This document shows, one piece after another, positions 13,271 through 28,114 of a stretch of DNA of 64,000 nucleotides (position 1 is the stretch's first letter; each line of letters begins with the position of its first letter). The stretch is taken from assembly GCF_009914755.1 (NCBI RefSeq), contig NC_060926.1, one strand, 5' to 3'. Made by a program: the position numbers and the translations under genes. The notes below the pieces were generated by a model. It saw only the letters and a program-made list of their open reading frames with translations. It had not been told where the DNA came from and searched no databases. The DNA comes from the human T2T-CHM13v2.0 reference genome, Homo sapiens.

Positions 13271-14686
13271 AGCCCCCACCACCAACGTCGCCCCCTGGGA
13301 TAGAGCATGTGCAGAGTTGTACAGTTCAGCTTCTCTAGTCCTTATTCCAGTGACATTTTAAAAATGTCCATCTTTTATTATGCTGACTCTTCTTTCTGTG
13401 ATAAAGATTTGTTATAGTTGCACTTGCTTAGGGTGATTTTCTGATGTAGTGTATATTATTTCATATCTAGCATTTTGATGGGAGGAACAGTATTCTGCCT
13501 ATTTTGCTATCCCCTATAGTATTCATCAAAATGCTTTAATATATTTAGTGCTCAATAAAAAATAAATGTTCACCAAACTGCATCACTGGATTTTGATATG
13601 AACCGGATCTCAACCCACTTCTTAGACAAAATGTCACATCTGGCAGGACTTAGGGCCACTTTAGAAACCTCAGGAAATGATAATAAGAAACTGCTTGAAA
13701 TGACAACACTGCCCATTGACTGAGATTTAGCATTATTCCCTTGGGGGAAAATACTTGACTTTAGTTATTTTCCAGCAATAAATGTACCTATTGTTTCTAG
13801 GTATATAATGCTATAGTGAAATTTGGCAAAGATTTCTGTGATAGCTTATAAAATATAAATGATTCAGATAAGAAGAAAATTTTAATTCCCTTTAGAAGAA
13901 GTTTCTGTCCAGCATAGTTATTTGTTCCTTTTCGATAAAGTTAAACTTTGACATTACTTTTACCCATACAGCTCTACCCTCCTGTTAAAACCTCACGGTT
14001 CCCAGGTAAACAAATGATTCTGATTCATGAGTCTTGTTTGAGAATAGCAGAGACGTTCAGAGTTTTGTGAGATTAGTCCTTTGTTGTCCAAATCTATAAT
14101 ATGCTAGTTTTTCTCTTTGTATATGGAAAAGCGTGCTTTGGCAAACTTCATTACAACTTAAATATGTTACTATTCTGTACTGGTTTTTCCTTCTCTCTAA
14201 CCTCCTCAGTAGAAGCCACGTTTTAAGTATTCAGAATCTTTTCACTTCCTGTATTTTCAAGCAGTTATTTCTCGTATTATTTTTAGTTTGCTTGTTTTTA
14301 AGCAATTAAATGGTGACTCTGCAAAGCATGCAGCAGTGTCACATCTGGAAATTCAGATGTAACCATCACAGGGAAAATTTCATGTCCCTGGAGTCATTTT
14401 TGCCTCTTTTGTTTGAGAGTGCAAGTTTGCCAGCAGACAGAAGGAGGCATGGAGAGGGAAAAGAGAGGCAACCCCTCCACACTCCACCTTGGTCTGTACC
14501 CTTGAAAATGAGGTTGAAATAGTCAACCCTTGCAAAGTCTCTAAAGCAAGTTGGGAGATGCTTCCAGAAATGTAAATGAGGATTTACTTTCTTATGGGCC
14601 TCTCTTCCCTACTATTCTTCACTCATCCCACCAGAAATAAAAAGTAATGTTAAGACTTCTAATTTCCATGATGATGTCTCTGTCTA

Positions 14687-15012
<326 letters not shown>

Positions 15013-16028
15013 GAAAAATAATCCTATGTAAATAAAACAGTATTTCATGTCATTTACATGTATTTTTTTCTGATTATGCCAGTGATACATGGTCAAGATA
15101 AAAAAAATGATGAAATACAGAAGAAAACCACTGAAATCACGGTATCTAGAATCAGTCACTAACTTTAACATATCTCCTCATGTGTTGTGTGTGCATGTAT
15201 GTACACACTTGCATATACTTAGCCTTTAATTTCACTAAATCTTCACCTTCATACAAACAAATGAGAAAACTGCTTGAAATTACATTTCCATGTTTTCCCT
15301 ACTACTCCTAATTGTGCGAAAGAGAAACATTTTTATATACTGGATGCAAAGTGAGCATTGAAGGCATATTTTCAGAGAACTAGTAATTTTGGAGCTTCTC
15401 ACAGCCAGAATTTTTGAATGGGTAAGAAACAAAAAAAGAACAGAAGGCAGCAAAGGGTAGAGAAAATGGTTGAATAATCAGCTGTGTTGTTGAAATGGGT
15501 AGAGGAAGGAAAGCTTGTGCCTATCACATCTGAGCTTTATTCAAAGGAAAGTGGTCTCCGCTTGATGGGCAGGATGCCAGAATGCTGTAATAAAGGAGCT
15601 ATGTAGGGCTGCAACATGGTACTCTGGAAATACATTTTCCAATTAGTCGTAAGTGTTTATTCATCAAGGCAGACCACAATGCTTTTGGTAACTCAGTTGT
15701 ACAAGCAGCTGTAATTGGCAATTGAGAAGCATCAGTGCAAATGTTTTGATGCCTAATCCTGAAACTGTTCATGCTCCACATTTCCACGGAATGGTCCCTC
15801 TGTCCGGGAGTGGTGTCGGCAGAATGCCTGTGACTACAGGTTTGGGCCCTTTATAATCATCAAGCATTAAATTAGGTCCATCCTACAGATCTTGCCCTTT
15901 TTCCTAATCTTGCCCTTTTTCCTGAATGATTTGAGGAAGAGAAGTTGAAATGGATTGAAAAGTGTTCTTTCAGCAAGTTTGGTGGATATTTTAACTCTAA
16001 TGGGAGACTTGAGAAGATGGCCAACCAT

Positions 16029-16385
<357 letters not shown>

Positions 16386-17931
16386 TCAGGAATACAACAG
16401 AAGAAAACAGTTAGTATCAGAAGCCCTCGCTCCTTCCACATTTCAGCAAGAAGCTCAGTTGGGCGTGCCATGAAGCCTGGACTGTGGGAGCCCCTATGGC
16501 CCACTCCTGATAGCTCTGTTTTGGTAATGTATTACATTGGCCTTCTGGCCATTAATCTAGAACAAGTTTCAAGCTGGATAAGAGAGCTCCAGTGAAAAAA
16601 AGAATCCCACAGGATGTGTCCTGACCTTTAAAAAGAAAACCATCAGGACTGACAGGCTTTCACGTGTAAAAACAATTTTTTTTTCATTTCTCAGTAGCAT
16701 AGAGCTGCAAATGATCACTTAAAAGGGTCTCCCCCTTTTATTCTCCAAAGTTTTCAGGTACTTAGTGTGAGAGCCTTGTGACAATTAAATCAATTTCCAC
16801 TGGAGTCCCCCGAGGTGGGACTTCTACAGCTTCCTCAAGGAGACATGTTAGACTAATAAGGAACCAGCAACTTATCTGAGAGGATGCTGCAAAGTAGAAA
16901 AATAGAATTTCAGGTCAAGGAAAAACTTTGTAGCAGAATTACCCCTTCCCACCGACTGAAAATTCAAGCTTATGAGATAATACAGTCTTATTTATAATGG
17001 GAAGAGGAGTGCAGCTGAAATTAGGCTTTGAAAATAGCTTTCTGCTAGCACTATTTGACTCTTGAAAAAAGAGCTGTTATTCAAAAGAAATCTACTTCAT
17101 TCTCCCTCCAAGTTTAAAATGTACTTTTCATTTCCAGAGGTAAAAAGGAACTCACTGATTTTGGCATGTAAAACTCATGGTACATAAACAGTTATAGATA
17201 ACAATAGCCTAAACATTCCATTTACAGTATAAAAGCAAAAGTAAATCACCACTCAACTACCCCTTGCCTATGTTTAATTCTGGTAATTAAAATGTGATGC
17301 TCCTTTGAGACCACAGACCACTTTTACAATCCACAGCATCCAAGCATGACCCAACCAAGCATCCACTGCCTGTCTTCATCAATAGACAGCCGAACCTATC
17401 AGGGAAAGGCCATTTGATCCCTTTCCATGGGCATTATGGAGCAACTTTTGTCTGCAGAACTCAAGGCCAAAAGATTAGAAGGCGAGGCACAGAGCATGCA
17501 TTCCACCTGAACTAGCTGGGAACTGATTGGAAGATCCAGAGCCACCTGCCCAGGTCACCAGGCTACCTTCCCGTGATGCGTCATAGGGTCTGCGTTGGGC
17601 AGGTCTCAGTGCAAGCAGGGGGTTCACTGAGCACATACAGCCATCGCAGGTGGTCTGAGCATCCAGTGGGCAAAGTTGGGGAGTGGCAAGAGAAGGATGG
17701 AGAAAGCTGAGGTCCTAGCAGTTAGGGAAGGTTCCCAGAGGCTGCTAGTCTGAAGACTCCTGGGACCTCCTGATGTCTTTTAAGCCCACACATTGTGGCC
17801 CAGTGACTGATTTAGCACTGCTCTGTTTCACTGGCTCTGCTGGGCTTCAAGAGTCACCAATTCAGGACAGTCATTCAGTGTCTGTGGTTAGGGTTATGTT
17901 CTTTGCATGCACTGGGTTGCAACCAGCCAAG

Positions 17932-18089
17932 CAGGGCTGGCTTCATTGCCATTTAACCTGTGCGTTCGCACAGGAAGGACTCTTGATTTAATGTTCTCCT
18001 GTTACCATCTTGAAATCCTTGTTCATTTTTGTAAAAGGGTCCTCATATTTTCATTTTTTACAGGGCTTGCAAATTACGTAGCCAGTTGT
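17932..18089 (+). mobile_element. MER45A hAT element
   Basis: CAGGGCTGGCTTCAT...CATCTTGAAAT...GCAAATTACGTAGCCAG matches the recalled consensus. Confidence 0.7.
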
Positions 18090-21000
18090 AGCATCTCAGG
18101 CTAACATTTCATCTGTCCCACCTAGAAATTGACTATCCCCTCCTCATGGGGGTTGGTGGGGGTGTGGTAATTGCTAGATTTAAATAAAGCCAGGAGCTCT
18201 TCTTGAAATACAGAGAGTAACTGTCAAAAACTGGTGCAGGGTCTTCTGGAGATGGGGCTGGGACCATCAGGCCGAATAGGCAAAAACAAATGAAAGCTGC
18301 TCATCATGACAATTGGGATCCATTGACTGGAAGGTCAAGACAGGTGCTTTGCTAATTAATTGGGTAAATGTTGTTCCTTTTTTCCCCTTCCATATGGATT
18401 AGACTGTACTCTGCAGGAAAAAAAAAAATCAAGGCTTGTCCTTAGAAGGTGAGTTTACTTTAATAAGTCAACTAATAGGTCGTCAGAAGACCTGTAGCTT
18501 GTAGGAATACTGAAAAGGGATTGGGGGTACACATGGAGCCCAAGCCCTAGAATGAGAGCCATCCCGACAAGCCACAAACTGTAGGGCAGTCGCAACAATA
18601 CCACAAGGATAAACTTAGGGCAAAATTCAGAAAAGAAATTGTGGTAACAGACTTGGGACATTGTTCAGGAGTCAGGACCTAGTGGTTGAGAACGTTTAAA
18701 AGGTGGCTTCCTTGATGAGATTGGAGGGAAAGTCCAAGTCAACTGGAACATCATTCTTTATCATTCTTGTGCTGTAATCCGTTTCTAAAACTGCCCTGGC
18801 TATTCATCGGATAGCTTACATCTAACCCTTTTCTACCTTTTTGACTTTAACCTATTTATGGAGATTGTGATATGTAGCTTGCATCCTTCCCAGGACTATT
18901 TGAAGAGTGATAAGAGATAATGCAGGTGACAGCACTTTGCCAGCTGAAAAGCACTAGACAAAGGTGAGGCTCCAGCATCACATAACCTGCAACCCTACTT
19001 GCTGAGGCCAGGAGAGGTCTGGGCCAGGAGATGCTCTGTCCCCAGAAGAGCATGTGCACTTCAAGGAGGCAGGTGTGCTGATTCCATTCCAGGAGTTAAT
19101 TATGTGTCCTCTAGAGGCCCCTGACATTTTCCAGCTCTACTTTGGAGGTGGTAGATTACTAGGAAATTTGTGTTCCTGCCCAGGCAGATTCACTCTTGCT
19201 CCCCAGAGCTCTTCCTCCCTGGTTTTGCCTCAGTGTGATTACTCACTAATCCCTTTCCCCTCTCACTTTTGACCAGACCCATATGTTGAACTCCAGAATG
19301 ACTTGTGGATGGAGGCTTGAACTTGGAGCATTTGGTTGGAAAGCCACTCAAGGCTTTGACCATGAGGGATTTTCCAGGTTTCCAAATATATCCTCTTGTA
19401 CCATCAAAATGTCTTAGCTCAGATCATTTTCATATTGTGGTTCTGTGTGTGTGTGTTGGTTGTATTTAGCAGGGGAAAAAAAAGGTCATGGGCCAAAAAC
19501 CCATTTGAGTTTGTTTGGATGAGTAAGAAATGACGGGAATTCAGAGTGCACAAGATTATAAATATTACAGAGGTTATTCAAAATCTCATTTATTTTTAGT
19601 CTGACTGCCTCTTTACCCTACATATTTAAATTCCATTTGCAGCCACCGACCCTGATACTCTTAAAGAAAATAACAACAAACAAGCTACTGCTAAGGGAAA
19701 TGTAAATTGGTTTGTTTGCTTCTTTACACTCCTGGGCAGTGGAAACATAAGCAATTGTTATTCCAAGGGTCTCATTGAATATACAAAATCTTTGTCTTTC
19801 TTAGGAGTTGCTTTAAAGGTTAACCACTTTCCAAAGAATTCTTTGTGTCTTGAAACCAATTTTATGCTCCTTTTGTCCAGCTACAAAGTTCTTTAAAACT
19901 TGTTAAACTTCCCCACACAATCACATTTGCACTCACTTAGAAAATGGAGAAAACAGTTTGCTTTGGGAAAATTTGTTTGTTGCTCTTCTTTGACATTTAC
20001 AAAGTCCTCATAGTGTGCTGGGAGCTGCAGTGCAGCTTCTAGAAGCTGCCCTTGGAAGCATTTGTGTTCAAAGGGACAAGGGACCAAGCTTCTGAGGTTC
20101 TCGCTCTGGGTTGGAGTAGGGCACAAATAACAGCAGTGATGATGGCAAGAGGAATCTGTGCTCAAATGTGGCCCCATGCTCATACCAAATTCCCAGGCCC
20201 CAAGGCCCTTCTTCCCTGGATAATTTTTCCCAGCAGCTTGTTTTATGCACTCAGAAATGTTCCTTCCCATGTACATTCTCATTCCCCTTCTACTCACTTT
20301 TTACTGTAAATGATTGTTTATTGTATACAAGCCAAGATTGTGTGCTCTAGGAATGTCTTCCAATACTACTATCAAAGAGAAATAATACAATGTCCAGTGC
20401 CCTTGAATGAAGTGCGGGACAACAACGAGCAATATCTCAGCAACATAGATGTCTTCTACTTTCCCCCTGGGATGAGAAATATCATGCCTAAAATCCACAA
20501 CCTCAACTAACAAAAAATTCAGTATTTTCATACACATAAACTACCCAGGTTTTAAAATGATTTTTTTTTAAGTGTGGAATCACTCAACAGACACTTAAAA
20601 TGTGATTTGATTTACAGAAATTTCATTCAAGAATTTGTGAAAAGAAGGTACATTTGTGCCACAATATTTCCATGTACATACAAGTCTCCCACTAGGTAGT
20701 TAACAAGCATGTGTCAACCACCAATAAGAGTTGAGAGCTCAGATTCGGATTTGCCTTTTTAAAACATTGTTTCTCAACAATTCAAAAGGAGTTCTCGCCT
20801 GCCTTGCACAATGGAGACCCTTTCTATTAAATCGTAATACAGGCACTTCTTTCCCTCTAATGATTTATCAAACATTTTTTTTAGAGGTCCAGAATGAGTC
20901 TCTTTGGGCATACTGTCTGTTTCATAATAAGCCGTATTTGTTCCCAATGTATCACTGCTCAATGATACAAACTGCCATTGTAATTATAGCCCATATAGGC

Positions 21001-21457
21001 TGTAATTGTTCAACAAAGGGTGATTCAATGAGGTCAAAACAGAATTTGAAAGCCGTTATAGCAAAGCAGGTTGGGCTGATGATGGTGCACTAGTAACTCA
21101 TTGCCCTACTAATTGGAAGGCACAGATGTGGCTATAGAACCAGAAGCTCTTTTGGCCTGGGTGAGAGACAAGCTGACATAATCAGCCAGGGCTTGTGAAG
21201 ATGCACGGGGCTGATGCCAGAGGACCCGTGTGCTGAGAAGACGCCCGGATGTCAGCTCCTGGCTATGCCATGATGCTTATTTCCATCTGGACTTCAAATA
21301 TCAATGTGGAAACCCAACCAAGGTTTTGATTCCTCGTGACCTGAAGAAGTGCTAGTTCCCTTACAAGGGCAAGTAGAGATGTACCACCAATGTTAAGTCT
21401 CCAAAAATAGCCACTGAAACATATAAACTCTCACCACACAATTTGTTAAAATTTAAT

Positions 21458-21850
21458 ATGCATGACTGATATGCATGTGTGTCCCCTCCAAATCTCTTGT
21501 TGACATGTGATCCCCAACGTGGGAGGTGGGGCCTGGTGGGAGGTGTTTGAGACATGGGAGCGGATCCCTCACGGAAGGCTTGGTGCCCTTCCCACGGTAA
21601 TGTGTTACTGTGATATCTGATTGTTAAAAAGAGTCTGGGACCTCCTTCGTCTCTCTCTTGCTCCCTCTCTTGCTATGTGACATGCCTGCTCCCCCTCTGC
21701 CTCCTGCCATGAGTAAAAGCTTCCTAAGGCCCTCACCAGAAGCAGATGCTGGCACCATGCTTCCTGAACAGCCTGCAGAAGCATGAGCCAAATAAACCTC
21801 TTCTCTTTATAAATTACCCAGCCTCAGGTATTTCTTTATAGCAACACAAT
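21458..21850 (+). mobile_element. MSTB-like MaLR LTR
   Basis: CCCCTCCAAATCTC...GGAGGTGGGGCCTGGTGGGAGG...AATAAACCTCTT...AAATTACCCAGCCTCAGGTATTTCTTTATAGCAAC. Confidence 0.85.
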
Positions 21851-23909
21851 GATCGTCTTAACTATATCAATTAGAATGCATTTGGCTTCTTTTTAATTCT
21901 CTTGGAATCTCAATCCTAAGCACCAAGTCTTCGTGTGATCATGTCCTAAGGCAAGAAGAAGGAGGGTAAGAAGACAGCAAGAATCTATTTCCCACAGCTC
22001 TTTCCCCCATGTTTCATTGGCTGGAATTGGGTCACATGTTCACCAGTACACCAGTCACTGGAAAGGGAAAAAGACTTCTATGGTAGACTTAGGTTAGTCA
22101 TTGTTCATCTTGAGAGGCAGAAGCTGGGAAGAGGGGACCTCACTTTCCCAGAAAATACAGCCAACACTATCTGAATGTAATTAGGGTGCTAACTTTTATC
22201 CAGTCCTAACAGGATACAAAAGAACAATCAAAGCTGTGGAAAACATTGCCTCCTAAACTAAACTGAAGCCATGTAGCCTGGTGGATGAATGGTAACCTGG
22301 AGAGATGTTGCTCTGGGCTGCTTTGTCAAATGACTCACTCCCTGCTATGCGTCCTTGGGCAGTTCTCCGTGGATCTAAGCCCCAGTCTCAGCTTCTCTCA
22401 AAGGAGAATAGTGTCATTTACCACCTCCTGGCCTCACAGCTGGGTTGCGTGATGATTAAAAGAAGCCCCCATAAGAACTGTGAATTTCTCAGCTTAAAGT
22501 ATGAAGTGCTGACTTTTCTTTGGATGACAAATGTCAAATTGCTGAGCAGAAAATCACCATTGGCATGCCTCTCAAAGTGGCTTGGAGTCCATAAGACCCA
22601 AGTATGGAGCCCTCTATTGACAATTCTGATTTGATTCCTCTAGGCTCTCACCCTTCTTTTCCCAGCTTTTCTCTGCTGCACTTGGACTCTCATTCCTGCT
22701 CCATATCCCACCTCCCCGCAAAGCTAGGAGCACCAAGAGTTTGAGTAATAGGTCAAGGGTAAAAGTGAGAGTGTGATGAAGGAGTTGAGGAATAAGGGAA
22801 AGGGGAGAGCTAAAAAGATCTACTTTGGTTTCCTCCGGCAAATATCAAATCCTGTTTAAACCCACTATTGTAACACTTCAACTAGATCATTAAATGCTTA
22901 TATGGTGCCTAAGACTGGTACATTGTGGTCTCTTGATAGCAGGGTTCCATGTGTTTAGGGTTTCAAGCTAATATGTCTTGATTTCCAAAGCCACCCCTTC
23001 TGATGGTGGTGTGGACGCTGGTGCAGCTATGTCCAAACAGAGCAGAGAGTGCCCAGGCAAGCTGTTCTATTTTGGACATGCCAGTCCTTGTTTTTTAGAC
23101 ATTCTACTTAAAGACACAAACCAGTGCAAACACAGACCCATTGCTGTTATATTTATTTTTATCTATTTTCAAAAACAAATGAAAGTGGCCTTCATTTAAA
23201 GATATAGAGAGTAGAAGTTTTGAAAAGAAAGAGAGCTTATAAATAATTTAAAAGAAAGATATATCGAATGGTGATTCTGAAAGGAAATAGAATGAGTATG
23301 AAATTCCACAGCTTTAGACAAATGAAAACCCGATAGGTTATATAATTCTCTGTATGTAATTTTTTTGTTGTTGCTTTCATTTTTTCTTCCTCTCTATCTC
23401 TATATGTTTCTTTGAAAGACACATTTAAGGTGGAAAGTTAAACTAATAGCTGCTATTAAATTCAAAAAGAAATGTCATCATGTATTTTATCTTAAATTCT
23501 TCTTAGAATAAAGTAAAGCACTTGAGTAATTAGTTGGTCAATCATGTTGCTTCTTACAGAAGAGTCATTGTGGAACATCAAAGAAGAAAATATCTTTAGC
23601 TCTGGTTTTGTAGAAGATATAATATTGTTTCTCAAATTAAATGCTTCTTAAAGCAAATCTTTTAAAAAGCAAATGGCATATTACCTTATTTTGGTAAGCT
23701 AAGAGATAAAGGTAACTACAAAATGTATAAATCATTTCTGTTTGCTGTCCCCAAAGCTTCTTGTTCATCTATAAAATTTCCCAGTCTGCCTTTGGACATT
23801 GTGTTCCTTAGTTAGCCAAATCAGACAGCGCTCCTTTCTTCCTTTGTAAGCAACACTCCTATGGCAGATTTTGGTAGGGAGCCTCTTCTTCAGCCATGGG
23901 AATTGACAC

Positions 23910-24066
23910 AGTGTAATGGAAAGAAGAGGCTCTGAAACCAGATGGGCACAGGTTCAAATCCTGTTCCTGCCACTTATAGCAGGAACCTTGGGCAGGTTGC
24001 TAAGCTTTCCTTAGCCTCAGTTCTGTCTAAAGTCAAATAGGGGTCAAATAGGGGTAATAGTACCTG
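23910..24066 (+). mobile_element. MIR 5' part; the 3' part resumes at about 24884-24975
   Basis: GGTTCAAATCCTG..CTGCCACTTA...CCTTGGGCAGG...GCCTCAGTT...TAATAGTACCT, then CAGGGTTTTGTGTGGATTAAATGAGATAA after the L2. Confidence 0.75.
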
Positions 24067-24079
24067 CTGGCCTCCTCCA

Positions 24080-24880
24080 CCTCAGCCACCACACCAAGTC
24101 CTGTTTATCAGGCCCCTCTCAATAGACACACATCTGCCCCCCCGCTGCCATTCCTTCCTGGCTCTACTGAATTCAGCCCACCATTTTCTCTCACTGGAAT
24201 TACCACACAGCCTTCCCTCCGATCTCTGCTTCAGTTCTTGCCCTCCCCCATCCATCCTCCATATTGTGGTCAAAGTGAGCTTGCTGAAACACAACTGAAT
24301 CGTGTTACTTCTCCTCCACTACATATTCTTTACTGACTTGGTAAAGACCCATTGTCATGACCCTGGGACCAAGTCCAAGCCCCTTCATACATACCAGAAA
24401 GCCCTTCTCCATCTGGCCCTGCCTATTCTGCCTGGCTCTCTCACCAACCCCAACTCACTCCAGGTTCAGCCACAGTGAATTCTCCTTTTCAGGGAACCTG
24501 TCAGACTCTGTTTCCAAATGGAGGCTATGCCTAGATTTCTGTCTGTCTAGAACACCCCTCCTCCCTGATCCTCTGCTGAAGTCTCACCATTCTTACACCC
24601 TGCTCAGATATGTCACTTTCTTCAGAAGAACTACCTCGGGGTTCCCTACCACCTTCCCCACCGCTGCCCCCAAGATCCGTGAGAGAGTTTTTCTCCTGTG
24701 AGTTTCCTTAACACCTTGCACTGTCATGAGCCTATTTACCTCTTGTCTCTCCCACTAGCCGTGGGCTCCATGAGGGAGAAACAAGGTTTTCCACATTTTG
24801 ACATCTTCAGGGCTCGGCTCAGTTGCCTCATAGAAATTGCTTTAAAAATATAAACTAAATGGAAACATGAGTTGATGAAT
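24080..24880 (+). mobile_element. L2 LINE 3' fragment
   Basis: Pyrimidine-rich L2 3' motifs (TCCATCCTCCA, CTCAGATATGTCACTTTCTTCAGAAG, CCCACTAG...CTCCATGAGGG). Confidence 0.7.
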
Positions 24881-26045
24881 ATATTTCAGGGTTTTGTGTG
24901 GATTAAATGAGATAAAATAGAAAAATTACTGGAAATATTGCATTCACTCAATAAATTATAATCATTATTATTACTATTACTATTGCTACTATGGTTATTA
25001 ATACTATTGCATAATATCGTACTGCTTTTAGATATGATTGTGTCTTCTGCCTATTGAAACACATGAGCAAATGTCTCGAGGGCTTTGGACAATTTTTACT
25101 CCAGATATATGATGAAAACTGCTATAGGCGATGGTTTTGTTAGGTCTTTGAAAAATTGTGCCCCTACCTCCAGTTCCTTTATTTTCTGGTTTGAGTGCCT
25201 CTTGCAACCTTTTAGAAATAAGTGGGTTTATTCATTGTAACATGCACTTTTGCCAGTTGGTTTTCTTCTATGTAACCCCTTGCGTCCCTATTCAACAGAG
25301 GCTAGTAATTACCATAGCAACCGCAGCATGTGGTGTCTATGCGCTCTCAGAAACAAAGCACATGCTTTTAAAAAAATTGCGCACACACACACACATTAAT
25401 TTGTAACATGAAATTCTGTTTCATGGTGTTTATGAAGGAGAACCACGCCTCCCAGTAAACCGATTCACCTTCCTCACTAGACCCAGGGCTCAAACTGCTG
25501 TTCCCTCTTCTCCCCACCCCCGACCCCACGGCACTCCCTAAGTACATATTGATTCATTTTAAAAATGAAATTTTTGTGCAATGGGAAAAAAGCATGGAAA
25601 GGATTCAGTTTCAGTGGGAAGGTACAAAGGTCAGTGAGAGGGTGCACAGCCCCATATAGCGGTTGTTTCTGTCTGAATGATGATTATACTACCAAGGGGA
25701 TTCATTAAAATGGAGCCTATTGCTGTTACACTGAATGAGGCGCTTCATAAATTCTGCTGTGAGCTTGTCAGGGGCTAAGTCCATATGTAATGCTTAAATA
25801 CAGTGCCCGCATCTGCATGCTGGGGTTTGCACCCCAACCCTCCTCTGCCTCCTCAAATGCTGGCTGTAGCACATACTCACTCCAGCCCAATCAAGAACCC
25901 AGGACCTGAAATCCTGTGCGTAACGCAGAAATTGAGAATTCCCATTGCCGTGTTTCCAGCAAGACATGAGGTTTTAGAATGCGACAGAATCACGAGGTGG
26001 ACTCTGGTTCTGGGTCCCAGGAGGGGACCAAGAAGGCTTTGGTTA

Positions 26046-26505
26046 TATGAAAGGAAATATCTTGGACCCCCCAAATCACTAAGCTGAAAGGAAAATTCAA
26101 GATGGAAACTGCTCTGGGCAAACCTGCCTCCCATTCTATTCAAAGTCATCCCTCTGGTCACTGAGATAGCTGCATATTCTAATGGTGTCTTTGGGAAAAG
26201 CTTATCAGAAACTCAAAAGAATGCAACCATTTGTCTCTCACCTACCTGTGACCTGGAAGCCCCCCTCTCTGCTTTGAGTTGTCCCTGCCTTTCTGGACAG
26301 AACTGATGTACTACTTACATATGTTGACTGATGTCTCATGTCTCCCTAAAATGTATAAAACCAAGCGGTTCCCCGACCACCTTGGGCACATGTCATCAGG
26401 ACTTCCTGAGGCTGTGTCACGGGCTCACAGGGCACGCATCCTCAACCTTAGCAAAGTAAACTTTGTAAATTAAATGAGACCAGTCTCAGCTTTTCTGGGT
26501 TTACA
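26046..26505 (+). mobile_element. MER4A1-like ERV1 solo LTR
   Basis: T(A)TGAAAGGAAA...CCCCCAAATCACTAAGCT...GGGTTTACA, with 4-bp TSD GTTA on both sides. Confidence 0.88.
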
Positions 26506-26959
26506 GTTAGAGCAATTTCAGGCTGTGTGTTATTGTGACCTCTCCACACCATCCACTTAAGAAAGAGGGTGGAAGCATGTGGCAGGGAGTGTTCAGGGTA
26601 CGGATGACTCTTGGTGTCATTAGTCATGAGCACAGGCAAGTGACAGAGGGTGAACTCTTTCTGGTCAGCCTTCTTAGGTCACCTGAAGAGAGAAGAAATC
26701 CTGAGCAGAAACCCTGCTTCAACCAGACCTTTTTTTTCAGTTGTTGTTTAAACCCAGTCAGTGGGAAGCCTCTTTATGAGTTCTGTAGTTGAAACTCTGA
26801 GTTTTTTTTTTTTTAATTGCTTTGGTCTAAGGAAAAAAATAATACATTCTAGTGAGAGGCTTCGCAGGGCCCCAGAACTATCTGAAACTTTCTGTTCTGC
26901 AAGGAATTTGGTTAGGCGGCCTTCTCGAATACCAGGGCATTCTCTCTCAGAAAATGGAG

Positions 26960-27990
26960 CTCAACAAGAACTGAGGGCAGGCCAGGGCGGGAGTGGGTTG
27001 GCAGCTGTATGCTATTCAGCTTTTACCAAGTATTGGGTGAAATGCACGAAATTTAAACGGGAATTCCTGTTTGCTATTTCCCTGCTTGGCTGGAGGAGGT
27101 ACTGACACAGGTATCAGATAACTGATATTGAAACAAGAATTCACAATTTTTATTGACAACTTGGAAAAGTCAACTGGAGACACACAGTTCTCTTGGAAGC
27201 CACTTCCTTTGACCTTCCTGACCCAGTGTCTCCAAAAGCAGGTGAGGATGAGGCTTCTCTTTGTCCAGGTGGGGACACGGTCTCTCCCGCCCCTCCGGCG
27301 GCCTTGTAGAAGATAGCCACTAGAGGGCGCCTTTCGCCCAGCCATGGCTCCAAGCGCTAAACCTGCTTCATAGGAGAGCACATTAAGCTGAGAAGGAGGC
27401 AAGTCAGTGACGTGGGGAATTATTATGCACAGTTCATTTCCTTATAATTTAACTCTCAGAGTAACAAAAGCATAATGTATAGCCTAGTTTTCGGGTCTGA
27501 TTTACAACAGTTTAAACTAAAAGATGATTTCTGCCTCACCCACCCCCCTTCTAATCACTTCTGCTATCAGCAACGGAGAATTTTGTATTTCATCACGCGC
27601 TGCGTCCTCCTAGGGACACAGATCTGAGAAGAGGAAATTTTAAAACAGGGTTCCTGCAGCAGAGATGGATGCAAATTTTCACTTTCTGCTTCAAATTTCA
27701 TTATGGCCTTGCTAGTTAAAAAACAAAAGAAGAAACAAAACTTTACGCCTTTATTATGGTTGTTTGGTTAGTATCCCTCACTACTTTTAAACACCCGGAA
27801 GTCCAAATGGGGCAAAACAGTTTTGTTCCCAAAGGGCTTATGGAGTCAGTTTCAAACCCAGAGGTAAAAGGAGTGAGCTTGCCGCCCCTCCCCGGCCCGT
27901 CTCCCCAGTGGTTCCCTCTGACCCACCCTCCAGCGGCTGACCCTTTTTTTCCTTCTCCCCAGCCCTTCCCTGTAGATTCCAGCCTACTTT
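26960..27990. promoter_or_regulatory. Candidate promoter/enhancer block
   Basis: Local CpG/GC elevation, GC boxes (GGGCGGG, CCCGCCC, GCCGCCCC), ETS site CCGGAAGT (~27795), TGACGT (~27408) and the CTCF motif. Confidence 0.5.
27314..27332 (+). promoter_or_regulatory. CTCF core motif in forward orientation
   Basis: GCCACTAGAGGGCGC is an exact match to CCASYAGRKGGCRS, in unique CpG-retaining sequence. Confidence 0.8.
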
Positions 27991-28114
27991 GAAGTCTCCT
28001 TCCTCTGGCTCCTTGAGCACTTACTGACTCTACCAGCAATTTAGCATTGTGTATCTGCTGTCTCGTTCACTAATTGCTTCATATGTGTATTTTTTCTTCT
28101 CCCCAAGGAAAAAG

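Noticed and set aside
20310-20510. NIDVFYFPPG resembling the pogo/Tigger transposase VFLPPN motif
   Set aside because: The downstream QPxD motif is absent and no TIRs are seen, so the similarity is too short to support.
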